A stretch of 64,000 nucleotides of DNA from an uncultured delta proteobacterium (GTDB lineage: Bacteria > Myxococcota_A > Polyangia > Polyangiales > Polyangiaceae): NCBI GenBank assembly GCA_963782055.1, contig CAWAIF010000003.1, positions 3,872,001 to 3,936,000 of the forward strand, given 5' to 3'. The position numbers were made by a program, and so were the translations under genes. The notes under the pieces were generated by a model that saw only the letters and a list, made by a program, of their open reading frames with translations, was not told the DNA's origin and did no database searches. This document shows, piece by piece, positions 1 to 12,507 of this stretch. The stretch's first letter is position 1; each line of letters starts with the position of its first letter.

Positions 1-79
1 GATTCTCCGGACGCGCGGCAAAACCCGGCGCGGGGGCGGTGCTAGTAGCAGAGAATTCGCCGCCGGGCGAGGGCTTTTG

Positions 80-1024
80 TCAGGCGAACAGGGAGCTGAC
101 GGAGTCGCTGGAGTGGATGCGCTTGATCGCCTCGCCCAGGAGGCGGGCGATGGAGACCTGCTTGATCTTGGGGCAGGCGGCGGCCCCGGCGCTGAGGGGG
201 ATGGTGTCGGTCACCACCACCTCGGTCAGGGGGGACTCGTTGATGCGGTCGATGGCGGGCCCGGAGAAGACCCCGTGGGTGGCGGCGGCGACCACCTTCG
301 TCGCGCCCTCCTCCACCAGGGCCTTGGCCGCGCCGACCAGGGTGCCCGCGGTGTCGATCATGTCGTCCAGGATGACGCAGGGGCGCCCCTTCACGTCGCC
401 GATGAGGTTCATCACCTCGCTGACGTTCGCGCGCTCGCGGCGCTTGTCGATGATGGCCAGGCTCGCGTCCAGGCGCTTGGAGTAGGCGCGCGCGCGCTCC
501 ACGCCGCCGGCGTCCGGCGAGACGAAGACCGCCGAGGAGTCGAAGTTCTTCTTCAGGTAGTCCTCCAGCATCACCGGCATCGCGTAGAGGTGGTCGAAGG
601 GGATGTTGAAGAAGCCCTGGATCTGCCCGGCGTGAAGGTCCATCGAGACCACGCGGGTGATGCCGGTGGCCTGGATCAGGTCCGCCACCAGCTTGCTGGT
701 GATCGGCGTGCGGGGAGCGACCTTGCGGTCCTGCCGGGCGTAGCCGTAGTACGGCACCACCGCGGTGATGGAGCCGGCCGACGCGCGGCGGAGCGCGTCG
801 CACATGATCAGGAGCTCCATCACGTTGTCGTTGACGGGGCTGCACGTCGGCTGGATGACGAAGGCGTCGACGCCGCGGACGTTCTCGTTGATCTCGACGA
901 AGGACTCGCCGTCGGAGAATCGCATCGTCTTGCTCTTGGCGAGCGGCGTCTCCAGGTAGTTCGCGATCGCCTCCGCCAACGCGGGGTTGGCGTTGCCCGA
1001 GAAGATGCAGACTTTCTTGAACAC
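80..1024 (-). CDS. prs: Ribose-phosphate pyrophosphokinase
   Basis: Motifs [42 protein letters not shown]. Confidence 0.97.
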   Translation of the reverse strand: MFKKVCIFSGNANPALAEAIANYLETPLAKSKTMRFSDGESFVEINENVRGVDAFVIQPTCSPVNDNVMELLIMCDALRRASAGSITAVVPYYGYARQDRKVAPRTPITSKLVADLIQATGITRVVSMDLHAGQIQGFFNIPFDHLYAMPVMLEDYLKKNFDSSAVFVSPDAGGVERARAYSKRLDASLAIIDKRRERANVSEVMNLIGDVKGRPCVILDDMIDTAGTLVGAAKALVEEGATKVVAAATHGVFSGPAIDRINESPLTEVVVTDTIPLSAGAAACPKIKQVSIARLLGEAIKRIHSSDSVSSLFA

Positions 1025-1161
1025 GGGTACTCCTTCGCCCGGCCCGAGCGGCGGCGGCGGGCCCCGGAGGGTCGCGCGCGTCGGGGTACCGTTCGCGCGG
1101 GTCTGTACCCGTGCGAACGCGTCGTGTCAACGGAGGGCCGGACGTGTGACGCGAGGGCGGG

Positions 1162-2508
1162 CTACTGCCGGAGCATCTCCTTGCACTCCTGCTTGGAGCC
1201 GTGGCGCCCCTTGGTGAGGCACGAGCTGTAGCAGCGGCGCGCCTGCACCATGTTGCCCTTGGCCTGGTAGGCCGCGCCCAGGATGAGCCACGCCTCGGCG
1301 TCGGTCGGGTCGAGGGCGACCGACCGCTCGCCCGCGGCGATCGCCATGCCGTTGGCGCCCGCCTCCAGCGCGGCCTTCGCCGTCGCCTTCTCCTGCCAGG
1401 CGTTCTTCGCGGGCTTCGGCTTGGCGGCGGACGCGGCGGGAGCCTCGTCGGTCTTGGCCTCGTCGGTCTTGGCCTCGTCGGTCTTGGCCTCGTCGGTCTT
1501 GGCCTCGTCCGTCTTGGCCTCGTCGGTCTTGGCCTGATCGGCGGGGGTCGGAACCTCGTCCGACTTCTTGGCAGCAGGCGGCGTGACCGGAGGCGGCGCA
1601 GGGTCTGCCGCGTGGACGATCTGGGCGCGGACGGGCTCCTCGTTCGGGCGGCCACGCACCGACCTGATGACGATGCCGATGAGCAGCAGCAGCGCGCAAG
1701 CGCCGACCGCCATCATCACGTAGCGCGAGAGGTGCGCGCGACGCGCGTGCGCCTCCGGGGTCATCTTGCGCGCCTCGCGCGAGTGCGGGACCGCGTCGAA
1801 CGCGCCGCTCGTCCCGGAGCCCGACACGCGATCGGCCGGATCCGGCGGCAGCTCGCCGCTGGAGAAGAAGTGGTCCTCCAGCTCCACCACGGGCGGGATG
1901 CTCTCTTCTTCCAGACCCGGATCGCTGCCGAACCCCTTGCGGGCCGCGCGCTCCGCCTCCTTGTGCCGCTCCTCCAGCTTCGCCTCGAGCTGCTCCAGCT
2001 TGGCGCTGATCGCCGGCGGAGCGCCGGAGCCCTTGCCCTCGCGCACCGTGGCCGGAAGGGTGCTGACGCGCTCGCTCTTCTTCTTCGCCTTCTTCTTCTT
2101 CTTCGCCGAAGGCGCCTTGGACGAGGGCGCGCTCGCGCTCGCCGGCACGGCCGCGGCGGAAGGCACGCTGGAGTCAGGAGCCGACGCGGACGCCGGCGCA
2201 GCCTTCGACGGCGGGGCTGCCGCCTGCGCGGGCTCCGTCTCCGCCTTCGTCGACGCGGGCGCGGCCTCGACCGGCGCCGCGTCGACCATCTGGATCTTGG
2301 CGGGCGCGATCTCGGCGCTCGCCGGCGCGCTCTCGACGGTCGCGGATGCGACCTCGGAGGACGCGGGCGCGACGGACGCGGGCTCCGTCACCGAGGTGAC
2401 GGCGGACTCGGGGGCGAGCTCGGACGACGAGGGGGGCGACTCGCTCGCCGGCGCGCCGGCCGCGGCGGCCGCGGCCCTGGAGTGCTTGCCCTTGCGCTTC
2501 TTCTTCAT
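1162..2508 (-). CDS. Bitopic membrane protein: low-complexity Ala/Pro/Lys N-terminus, one TM helix, AKTDE repeats, C-terminal TPR-like domain
   Basis: TM YVMMAVGACALLLLIGIVI; TPR-like ALDPTDAEAWLILGAAYQ. Confidence 0.75.
   Translation of the reverse strand: MKKKRKGKHSRAAAAAAGAPASESPPSSSELAPESAVTSVTEPASVAPASSEVASATVESAPASAEIAPAKIQMVDAAPVEAAPASTKAETEPAQAAAPPSKAAPASASAPDSSVPSAAAVPASASAPSSKAPSAKKKKKAKKKSERVSTLPATVREGKGSGAPPAISAKLEQLEAKLEERHKEAERAARKGFGSDPGLEEESIPPVVELEDHFFSSGELPPDPADRVSGSGTSGAFDAVPHSREARKMTPEAHARRAHLSRYVMMAVGACALLLLIGIVIRSVRGRPNEEPVRAQIVHAADPAPPPVTPPAAKKSDEVPTPADQAKTDEAKTDEAKTDEAKTDEAKTDEAKTDEAPAASAAKPKPAKNAWQEKATAKAALEAGANGMAIAAGERSVALDPTDAEAWLILGAAYQAKGNMVQARRCYSSCLTKGRHGSKQECKEMLRQ
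1442..1535. repeat. 15-bp tandem repeat (GCCTCGTCGGTCTTG x6) encoding (AKTDE)6
   Basis: Six near-identical units read directly; one substitution in unit 5. Confidence 0.95.
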
Positions 2509-2837
2509 GTGCCCTTTGCTCTCTCCGAGCGGTGCCCCGCTCTCCCTCTCATGACCGGCGACCGCCAGAACTGTTCGACGGAACGCGCGGCCGGTGTCCT
2601 GTCACCGAACGTGAAGCAAGGGCCGTGCAAGCCACGAAGCGACATGATTTTGAGGCGTCGCCACCACCTACGTCAAGCCTCGCACGACAAGCTGATCACC
2701 TTGGGAGACAGCATGCGCCATCCTGGCACAGGCCCCTACGTGAAGTCGTCTCCCGGGCGTCCAGCCTTGCATACGTCACGTTCGGCGCCAGACCTTCGTG
2801 TGGAGACAAACTCCTACACGGTGGGACAGGATTGCGC

Positions 2838-4007
2838 TTGAAGGATCTCCCGTCGGTCCGTGTGAAGCGCGCGGCGAGCGGGCCGCTCCGGCGGGGCCAT
2901 CCGTGGCTCTGGCGCGAGCAGGCGGAGTCCCTCCGCGGCATCGGCGAGGGGGACGAGGTGCGGGTGATGGACGGCGCGGAGGTGATGGGGCGCGGCCTGG
3001 CCTCGCCGTCGTCACCCATCGCCGTGCGCATGTGGACGCACGGCGACAGGCCGGTCGACGACGCGCTGCTGGACGAGCGCCTCGGCCGCGCGATGGCCTT
3101 GCGCGACGCGCTCTTCGACGGCGGGGAGACCAACGCGTACCGGCTGGTGCACGGCGAGGGGGACCGGCTGCCGGGGTTCGTCGTGGATTGCTACGCCGAC
3201 GTCGCGGTGCTGCGGACCGACGGCGAAGGCGCGCGCGCGCGACTGGACTGGATGGCGACGGCGCTCCGCCGCGCGCTCCGCGGCCGCGTCCGGACGCTGG
3301 TGCACCGCACGGTGGAGCGCGGCGCGGCGCCGGCGGCGCACCTGCTGGACGGCCCGCCGCCGCCCGACGTCATCGAGGTGCGCGAGCACGGCGTGCCCTT
3401 CGTGGTGGACCTGGCGCGCGGGCAGAAGACGGGCGCGTTCTTGGACCAGCGGGAGAACCGCCGGCGCGTGGGTTCGATGGCGCGCGGCAAGCGCGTGCTC
3501 AACCTCTTCTCCTACGCCGGAGGCTTCTCGCTCCACGCCGCGCGCGGCGGCGCGACGCACGTGACGAGCGTGGACGTCGCCGCGGCGGCGCACGCGACGG
3601 CGCAGGAGAGCTTCCGGCGCGCGGGGCTCGACCCCTCCCGCCACGCCTTCGTCTCCGCCGACGCCTTCGCCTTCCTGGAGGACGCGGCGCGGCGCCGGGA
3701 GGCGTGGGATCTGGTGGTGAGCGACCCGCCGAGCTTCGCGCCCAGCGAGAAGGCGCGCGCCCGGGCGCTGGCGTCCTACCGGCGCCTGCACCGCCTCGCC
3801 GCGGGTGTGCTCGCGCCGGGTGGCACGCTGTGCGCGGCGTCGTGCTCCAGCCACGTCGACGCCTCGGCCTTCGCCTCCACCCTCGACGACGACGCGCTGG
3901 GACGCGGCGATCTCCGGCTGGTCGCGCTATACGGTCCTCCGCCCGATCACCCCACGCTCCCGGCCTGGCCGGAGGGTCGCTACCTCAAGTTTGCGGTGCT
4001 CACGTGA
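2838..4007 (+). CDS. RlmI-like class I SAM-dependent rRNA m5C methyltransferase
   Basis: GHPW PUA-like start, RLVHGEGDRLPG, GQKTGAFLDQR, LNLFSYAGGF, DPPSFA, PEGRYLK; TTG start at 2838 inferred. Confidence 0.88.
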   Translation: MKDLPSVRVKRAASGPLRRGHPWLWREQAESLRGIGEGDEVRVMDGAEVMGRGLASPSSPIAVRMWTHGDRPVDDALLDERLGRAMALRDALFDGGETNAYRLVHGEGDRLPGFVVDCYADVAVLRTDGEGARARLDWMATALRRALRGRVRTLVHRTVERGAAPAAHLLDGPPPPDVIEVREHGVPFVVDLARGQKTGAFLDQRENRRRVGSMARGKRVLNLFSYAGGFSLHAARGGATHVTSVDVAAAAHATAQESFRRAGLDPSRHAFVSADAFAFLEDAARRREAWDLVVSDPPSFAPSEKARARALASYRRLHRLAAGVLAPGGTLCAASCSSHVDASAFASTLDDDALGRGDLRLVALYGPPPDHPTLPAWPEGRYLKFAVLT

Positions 4008-4978
4008 CGCTCGAAGAATCCTACGAACTCGTCGATAATCACGCCGGTTTTCGGCTTTCTCTCAAGCGCATCTCGGCGGGGACGGCCGCGCCGGGCACGC
4101 GGCCCGTGCTGCTCGTCCCCGGCTACGGGATGAACGCCTTCGTCTTCGGCTTTCACCCCAGCGAGTCGTCGCTGGAGGCCACGCTGGCGCGCGAGGGACT
4201 CGAGGTGTGGAGCGCCGAGCTGCGCGGGCAGGGTCGCTCCCAGCGCGAGGGTGGCAGCGAGACCTTCGGCCTCTCCGAGCTGGCGCTGGACGACGTGCCG
4301 CCGATCGTGGAGCGGGTGCTCGAGCGCAGCGCGACCGGCGCGTCGCGCGTCGACCTCATCGGCTGCAGCCTGGGGACCGCGCTGTCCTTCGGCTACCTCG
4401 CGCACAACCCGAAGGCGCCCGTGCACGCGGTCGTGGCGTTCGGCGGCCTGGTGACGTGGGTGGACGTGCACCCGCTGCTGCGCGTCGCCTTCGCCTCGCC
4501 GGCGCTCGTCGGGCGCGTGCGGCTGAAGAACACCCGCGCCATCGCCCGCGTGGCGCTCCCCGCGCTCGCGAAGATCGCGCCCCCGCTGCTCTCCATCTAC
4601 ATCAACGCGCGCTCGACGGATCTCTCCCGCGCCGATGAGATGGTGGAGACCGTGGAGGACATCCAGCCGCGGGTGAACGAGGACATCGCCCACTGGATCC
4701 GCCGCAAGGAGCTGGTGCTCCGCGGGGTGAACGTCTCGCGCGCGCTCTCCGAGATGCGCCACCCCCTGCTCTGCGTCGTGGCGAAGGACGACGGCATCGT
4801 GCCGGAGGCGACGGCCCGGGACGTGTTCACCTCCATCGGCTCCGAGGACAAGGAGCTGCTGGTCGTCGGCGGCGGGGACCGGCCCATCGCCCACGCCGAC
4901 CTGTTCCTCTCACGCGGGGCGGAGGCGTCGATCTTCCGGCCTGTCGCCCGCTTCCTGCGCGCCCGCAAGGGTCCGTAG
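4004..4978 (+). CDS. Alpha/beta hydrolase (PHA synthase-like fold, Ser nucleophile)
   Basis: GCSLG elbow, DDGIVP, HADL; GTGA overlap with the upstream stop. Confidence 0.82.
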   Translation: MTLEESYELVDNHAGFRLSLKRISAGTAAPGTRPVLLVPGYGMNAFVFGFHPSESSLEATLAREGLEVWSAELRGQGRSQREGGSETFGLSELALDDVPPIVERVLERSATGASRVDLIGCSLGTALSFGYLAHNPKAPVHAVVAFGGLVTWVDVHPLLRVAFASPALVGRVRLKNTRAIARVALPALAKIAPPLLSIYINARSTDLSRADEMVETVEDIQPRVNEDIAHWIRRKELVLRGVNVSRALSEMRHPLLCVVAKDDGIVPEATARDVFTSIGSEDKELLVVGGGDRPIAHADLFLSRGAEASIFRPVARFLRARKGP

Positions 4979-5077
4979 ATCCTTTCCGGCGCTGGCCCGT
5001 CCGAAGGGGCACGCGCCGGTTCGAAGCCGGCCGAGATCGGGCGCGCGGCGCGCCCGGCGCGAAGGGAGACGTGTGTC

Positions 5078-6544
5078 ATGCGCAAGGCGGTTCTGGTCGG
5101 CTCGATGGCGCTTCTGTGGGGTTGTGCGGGGGCGCGAGGCACGGCCCCGGTGGTGGTCGCGGCCACGCCGCGCCCGGCGGTGGCGAGCGGCGCCGCCCCC
5201 ACCGAGACCCCGCTGGCGGTCGACCCTGCCTCCACCGACACCGGCAGCCCGCGGCCTGCGACCGCGCAGACCGGCTGGATCGGCGCCGCGGCGGAGAGCG
5301 ACGTGCTGCTCGCCGGGGACGGCGACGCCGACGTGGGCATCTGGGTGGACGCGCCCTCCACGCGACCGCGCGCGCACGTCGCCAAGGACGTCGCGCTGGT
5401 GATCGACACCTCCGGCTCGATGGCAGGCGCCAAGATCGACAACGCGCGACGCGCCGCGCAGCTCCTCATCGACGACCTCTCCGACGGCGACATCGTGTCC
5501 ATCGACACCTTCGCCGACGAGGCGAAGACGGTGGTGGAGCCCACGGTGCTCTCGACGCGCACGCGCACCATCCTCAAGTCGCGCCTCTCCAAGCTGACGC
5601 CGACGGGCTCGACCGACCTGTTCGACGGGCTCGGCCTGGGTGAGGCCCACGTGGCGCGGGCGCCTGCCACGCACGCCGTTCGCCGCGTCGTCGTCATCTC
5701 CGACGGCATCGCCAACATCGGCCCCTCCTCGCCGGAGGCGCTCGGTGCCCTGGCGGAGCGCGGGCTGCGCTTCCACTCGCAGGTGACGAGCCTGGGCGTG
5801 GGCACGGACTACGACGAGAAGACGCTCGACGCGCTGGCGCTGCGCTCGAGCGGGCGCCTCTATCACATCGGCGACCCGCGCGAGCTCGCCTCGCTGATGC
5901 ACCGCGAGCTCGACCTGCTCTCCAGCACCGTCGCCACCAACGCCTTCGTCGAGGTGGTGCCCGCGCCGGGGGTGGACATCGTCGGCGTGGAGGGCTGCCG
6001 CAGCGAGCGGAGTGGCGACGGCTCGGTCCGCTTGCCCCTCGGCGCGCTCTTCTCCGGCCAGCGCCGCGAGGCGCTGCTGAAGGTCCGCGTCCACGACGAC
6101 CAGGTCGCCCCGGTCCGTGCCCTCGCGAGCGTGCGCCTGCACTTCCGCGATCCCGACGAGGGCGACCTGGAGCGCGTGCAGGAGGTGGTGGCGCGCGCCA
6201 GCTTCTCCGACGACGACGGCCGCGTCGCCCGCACCGAGAACGCGCGCACGCACTCCATCATGGCGGTGATGGCCGCGTCGGAGCTGGAGCTGGGCGCCTC
6301 GCAGGACGTCTCGTCCGGGCAGTTCGCGGCCGCTGACGAGCGCCTCGCCCGCGCGGAGAAGAAGCTGAAGACGGAGGCGGACAAGGCCACCGACGTCGAG
6401 CAGAAGCGCCGCCTGGTGGCCGCCGCGCACAAGGTCGCCTCCACCCGCGCCGCCGTCGCCCACACGGCCGCCGCGCCCGCCCCGGTTCGCCGCAACGCCG
6501 CGCTGCAGGTCAACGCCTCGGCGATGCACGACGAGGGCTTCTGA
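5078..6544 (+). CDS. VWA-domain lipoprotein
   Basis: Lipobox LWGC, MIDAS motif DTSGSM, ISDGIAN. Confidence 0.85.
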   Translation: MRKAVLVGSMALLWGCAGARGTAPVVVAATPRPAVASGAAPTETPLAVDPASTDTGSPRPATAQTGWIGAAAESDVLLAGDGDADVGIWVDAPSTRPRAHVAKDVALVIDTSGSMAGAKIDNARRAAQLLIDDLSDGDIVSIDTFADEAKTVVEPTVLSTRTRTILKSRLSKLTPTGSTDLFDGLGLGEAHVARAPATHAVRRVVVISDGIANIGPSSPEALGALAERGLRFHSQVTSLGVGTDYDEKTLDALALRSSGRLYHIGDPRELASLMHRELDLLSSTVATNAFVEVVPAPGVDIVGVEGCRSERSGDGSVRLPLGALFSGQRREALLKVRVHDDQVAPVRALASVRLHFRDPDEGDLERVQEVVARASFSDDDGRVARTENARTHSIMAVMAASELELGASQDVSSGQFAAADERLARAEKKLKTEADKATDVEQKRRLVAAAHKVASTRAAVAHTAAAPAPVRRNAALQVNASAMHDEGF

Positions 6545-6574
6545 ACCTCACTCCCCTCGAAGAAAGAGGGCCGC

Positions 6575-9307
<2,733 letters not shown>

Positions 9308-9420
9308 GGACCGGGGAGCGTACTACGGCGCCTGGCGCCCGGCGCGTGCGAAGGCTCGCCGCGAGTGGAGTCGAAGCCCCCGCGGCGAGCGGAGTCGGTG
9401 CTAAGGTGGAGTGAACGCTC

Positions 9421-10596
9421 GTGACGGCTCGTCCACCCTACCCGCCCGGCGTCCCGGCCCCGCCCAACTCGGGCGCGACCCTCGCCGGCCCCGCCACCCC
9501 GAGGCAGCCGGCGCACCCCACGCCGCCCATGCCCCCGTCCCCGGCCTCCCAGGCGGGGACCGCTGTGCCGTCCGCGCCGCGGCTCCCCGCGGTGCCGCCG
9601 GCGGCCACCTCCAGCGGTCAGTTCGCCGCCACCCCTGCGACGACGACGGGCCAGCTCCCCGCCGTCGGCTCCGCGCCGGCGTCCTCGCCGTCCGTGCCGA
9701 CGAGCCCGACGGGCACCATCCCGGGCGCCGCCCCGCGCATCATGGTGCAGTACCCGCAGGTCGGCTCGCGCCTCGTCTCCAAGAAGGGCGAGTACGAGGT
9801 GCGACGGGTCATCGGCGCCGGCGAGTTCGGCGCGGTCTACGACTGCGTCGGCCCCTTCGACCAGGTCTACGCGGTGAAGGTGATCCGCCCGGCGAACCGG
9901 CCCTATCAGGAGGTGTACGCCGAGTGGGCGCGCGAGACGCAGCGCCTGCTGTCGCTGCGCCACCCGAACGTCGTCTACATCTACGACGCCTTCGAGCAGG
10001 ACCACCTCTTCTACATGGCGCTCGAGCGCTGCGACCACGCGCTGTCCGACATGCTCGGCGCGCCCATGCAGGAGGGCCTCGTCATCGAGCTGGCACGGCA
10101 GCTCCTCGCCGCCCTCTCCTTCTTGCACGACCACGACATCGTCCACGACGACCTGCACCCCGGCAACGTGCTCATCGTCCACGCGACGGACAGGCCCATC
10201 GTCAAGATCAGCGACTTCGGCATCAGCCACGAGCTGCGCGGCGCCTCGGCCATCCGCCCCAACGTCGTCAACCACGCCATCATGGCGCCGGAGGTCGTGG
10301 CCAACGGCTACACGAGCAAGCAGAGCGACATCTACCAGATCGGCCTGCTCATGTACTGGATGCTCACCGGCGAGCCGGCCATCCCCAAGGGCGCCGGCTA
10401 CCAGGACCTGGTGCGCGTGGTGGCCGAGGGCATCCCCCGGGCGCGCGCGGAGGCCATCGGCACGCCGCTCGGCGGTCACGTCGCCAAGATGCTCCGCCGC
10501 CGCGACGCCTACCGCTACACCTCCGCCAAGGAGGTCTGGTCGGACCTCCGCAAGCTGCCATCGTGGCAGAACCGCCAGCTCTTCCCGATCAAGTGA
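9421..10596 (+). CDS. Hanks-type Ser/Thr protein kinase with Pro-rich N-terminus and atypical catalytic loop
   Basis: GAGEFG, YAVK, HDDLHPGN, DFG, APE, SDIYQIG. Confidence 0.88.
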   Translation: MTARPPYPPGVPAPPNSGATLAGPATPRQPAHPTPPMPPSPASQAGTAVPSAPRLPAVPPAATSSGQFAATPATTTGQLPAVGSAPASSPSVPTSPTGTIPGAAPRIMVQYPQVGSRLVSKKGEYEVRRVIGAGEFGAVYDCVGPFDQVYAVKVIRPANRPYQEVYAEWARETQRLLSLRHPNVVYIYDAFEQDHLFYMALERCDHALSDMLGAPMQEGLVIELARQLLAALSFLHDHDIVHDDLHPGNVLIVHATDRPIVKISDFGISHELRGASAIRPNVVNHAIMAPEVVANGYTSKQSDIYQIGLLMYWMLTGEPAIPKGAGYQDLVRVVAEGIPRARAEAIGTPLGGHVAKMLRRRDAYRYTSAKEVWSDLRKLPSWQNRQLFPIK

Positions 10597-10616
10597 CGCG
10601 GGGGTACAACGCGGCC

Positions 10617-12503
10617 ATGGTGTGTGGCAGGCGTGCGGGTTTCTGGCGGCGGCTCTCGGTCCTCGTGGCCGTGCTCGTCTTCTGCGTGTCCGGCGTGGCG
10701 CTCGCCCGCCCGGGCGGCGGGCAGAGCTACCGCAGCTCCGGCGGCGGGTCGCGGTCGTCATCCTTCCACAGCAGCAGCTCGCACCCGACGAGCTTCTCCA
10801 CCAGCTCCGGCTCGCACGCCGGCGGCGGCACCAACCCCGTCGTCGGCTTCACGATCCTGATCCTCTTCGGGTGCGTGATGCTGGTCGTGCTGGTGGCCAA
10901 CGCGCGCAAGGGACGGCAGACGAACTCCGTCCGCGCGGCCATCCTGGACGCCCAGTACGACGTGGAGGCCAAGAGCCGCCGCTCGGTCACGCTCGAGCCG
11001 CTCAAGGCCCGCGACCCCAACCTCACCGAGCAGAGCATCCTCGACCGCGTGCGCGTCATGTCCGACATGCTCCGGGAGGCGTGGTGCGCGGGAGACATGC
11101 GCCCGGCACGCGCCTTCGTCTCCGACGGCATCTACTCGCGCTACCGCGTGCAGCTCGAGCTGATGAAGCAGGAGGGCACGCGCAACGTCATGAGCGAGGC
11201 GCAGACGCTGTACACCACGCTCGAGGCGGTGCAGAGCTTCCCTCCGCTCGACGTGGTGCACGTGCGCTTCACCGCGCAGGCGCGCGACGCGATGGTGCCG
11301 CTCGCCGCGACCCCGCAGCAGATCCAGTCGGAGCTCGCGCGCACGCCGGTGGCCCCTTACACCGAGATCTGGACGCTGGTGCGCAAGCAGGGCGCGCAGA
11401 CGAAGCTCGACCCCATGCAGGTCGGCAAGGCGTGCCCCTCGTGCGGCGCGCCCTTCCCCGCGGGCGGTGGCGAGGTGCTGAAGTGCACCTACTGCCAGGC
11501 GGTGGTCTGCTCCGGCGAGCACGACTGGGTGCTCTCCGAGATCACTCAGATCGCCGAGTGGCACCCCACGTCGGCGGAGCCGGTGGCCGGCCTGGACGCG
11601 CTGCGCGAGGTGGACCTGGGCGCCACGCGCGAGGTGCTGGAGGACCGCGCGAGCTACCTCTTCTGGAAGTGGGTCGAGTCGGGGCGGACGCGCTCGGCGG
11701 CCCCGCTGCGCAAGTGCGCCACGCCCGAGCTCATCACGCGAGGCGGGGATGGCGCGTCGGAGCTCGCCGGCGCGCGGGACGTCGCGGTGGGCGGCGCCGA
11801 CGTGCTCCTGTGCGACGTCGCGCAGGGCGAGCCGCAGGACTACGTCTACGTGAAGGTGTTCTGGTCGGGGCGCTTCCAGCCGGGCGCGGAGCCCTTCCCC
11901 AGACAGTCCGTGCTGCGACTGGCACGCAAGGCGGGGGCGAGCACCAAGCTCTCGATGACCGCGGTGGTGTGCCCGAGCTGCGGCGCGCCGCTCGCCGACA
12001 CCGACGACACCAGGTGCGGCCACTGCAACACCGAGATCGTCGCGAGCGGCCTGGTCTGGGCGCTGGACGCCATCGGCGCCCCGGGCATGGTGCGCCCGCG
12101 CCACACCGCGCCGGAGCAGCCGCTCCCCACCTTCTTCATGCCCGACATCCGCGATCCGCGGGAGCGCGGCGTCCTCTTTTCGCAGATGGCGTACCTGCTC
12201 GCCAAGAACGGCCTCGGCCGCAACGAGAAGCGCCTGCTCACCGCCTGCGGCCGCCGCTGGGGCATCCCGGAGGAGACCGTCGGCCGCGCGCTCGCCGGGC
12301 AGCTGGGGAGCGGCGCGCAGATGGGACCTGTGAGCGCGCCGCAGTGGTTCCTCGCCGGGCTGGTGGGCGCGGCGCTCATCGACGGCACCATCGACGCCGC
12401 CGAGATGGAGACGCTCCAGCGCGCGTGCACGGCGCTCGACCTCCCCCTGCAGGAGCTCGACCGGCAGATCCAGGAGACGCGGGCGCGGATGCCCGGGGCC
12501 TGA
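10617..12503 (+). CDS. Membrane protein with Tim44-like domain(s), two zinc ribbons and a C-terminal TerB-like region
   Basis: Signal peptide then RPGGGQSY Gly/Ser linker, TM helix, EIWTLVR; CPSCGAP..CTYC and CPSCGAP..CGHC; ALIDGTIDAAE. Confidence 0.75.
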   Translation: MVCGRRAGFWRRLSVLVAVLVFCVSGVALARPGGGQSYRSSGGGSRSSSFHSSSSHPTSFSTSSGSHAGGGTNPVVGFTILILFGCVMLVVLVANARKGRQTNSVRAAILDAQYDVEAKSRRSVTLEPLKARDPNLTEQSILDRVRVMSDMLREAWCAGDMRPARAFVSDGIYSRYRVQLELMKQEGTRNVMSEAQTLYTTLEAVQSFPPLDVVHVRFTAQARDAMVPLAATPQQIQSELARTPVAPYTEIWTLVRKQGAQTKLDPMQVGKACPSCGAPFPAGGGEVLKCTYCQAVVCSGEHDWVLSEITQIAEWHPTSAEPVAGLDALREVDLGATREVLEDRASYLFWKWVESGRTRSAAPLRKCATPELITRGGDGASELAGARDVAVGGADVLLCDVAQGEPQDYVYVKVFWSGRFQPGAEPFPRQSVLRLARKAGASTKLSMTAVVCPSCGAPLADTDDTRCGHCNTEIVASGLVWALDAIGAPGMVRPRHTAPEQPLPTFFMPDIRDPRERGVLFSQMAYLLAKNGLGRNEKRLLTACGRRWGIPEETVGRALAGQLGSGAQMGPVSAPQWFLAGLVGAALIDGTIDAAEMETLQRACTALDLPLQELDRQIQETRARMPGA

Positions 12504-12507
12504 GCGC

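Noticed and set aside
1025..1161. tRNA-Gln, often found upstream of prs
   Set aside because: No cloverleaf or T-loop motif is visible, only a single hairpin.
1442..1535. Tandem repeat as a CRISPR array
   Set aside because: There are no spacers, the repeat is in frame within a CDS, and no cas genes are present.
2614..2632. Sigma54 promoter-like TTGCACG-N4-TTGCT on the minus strand
   Set aside because: It lacks the near-invariant GG at -24.
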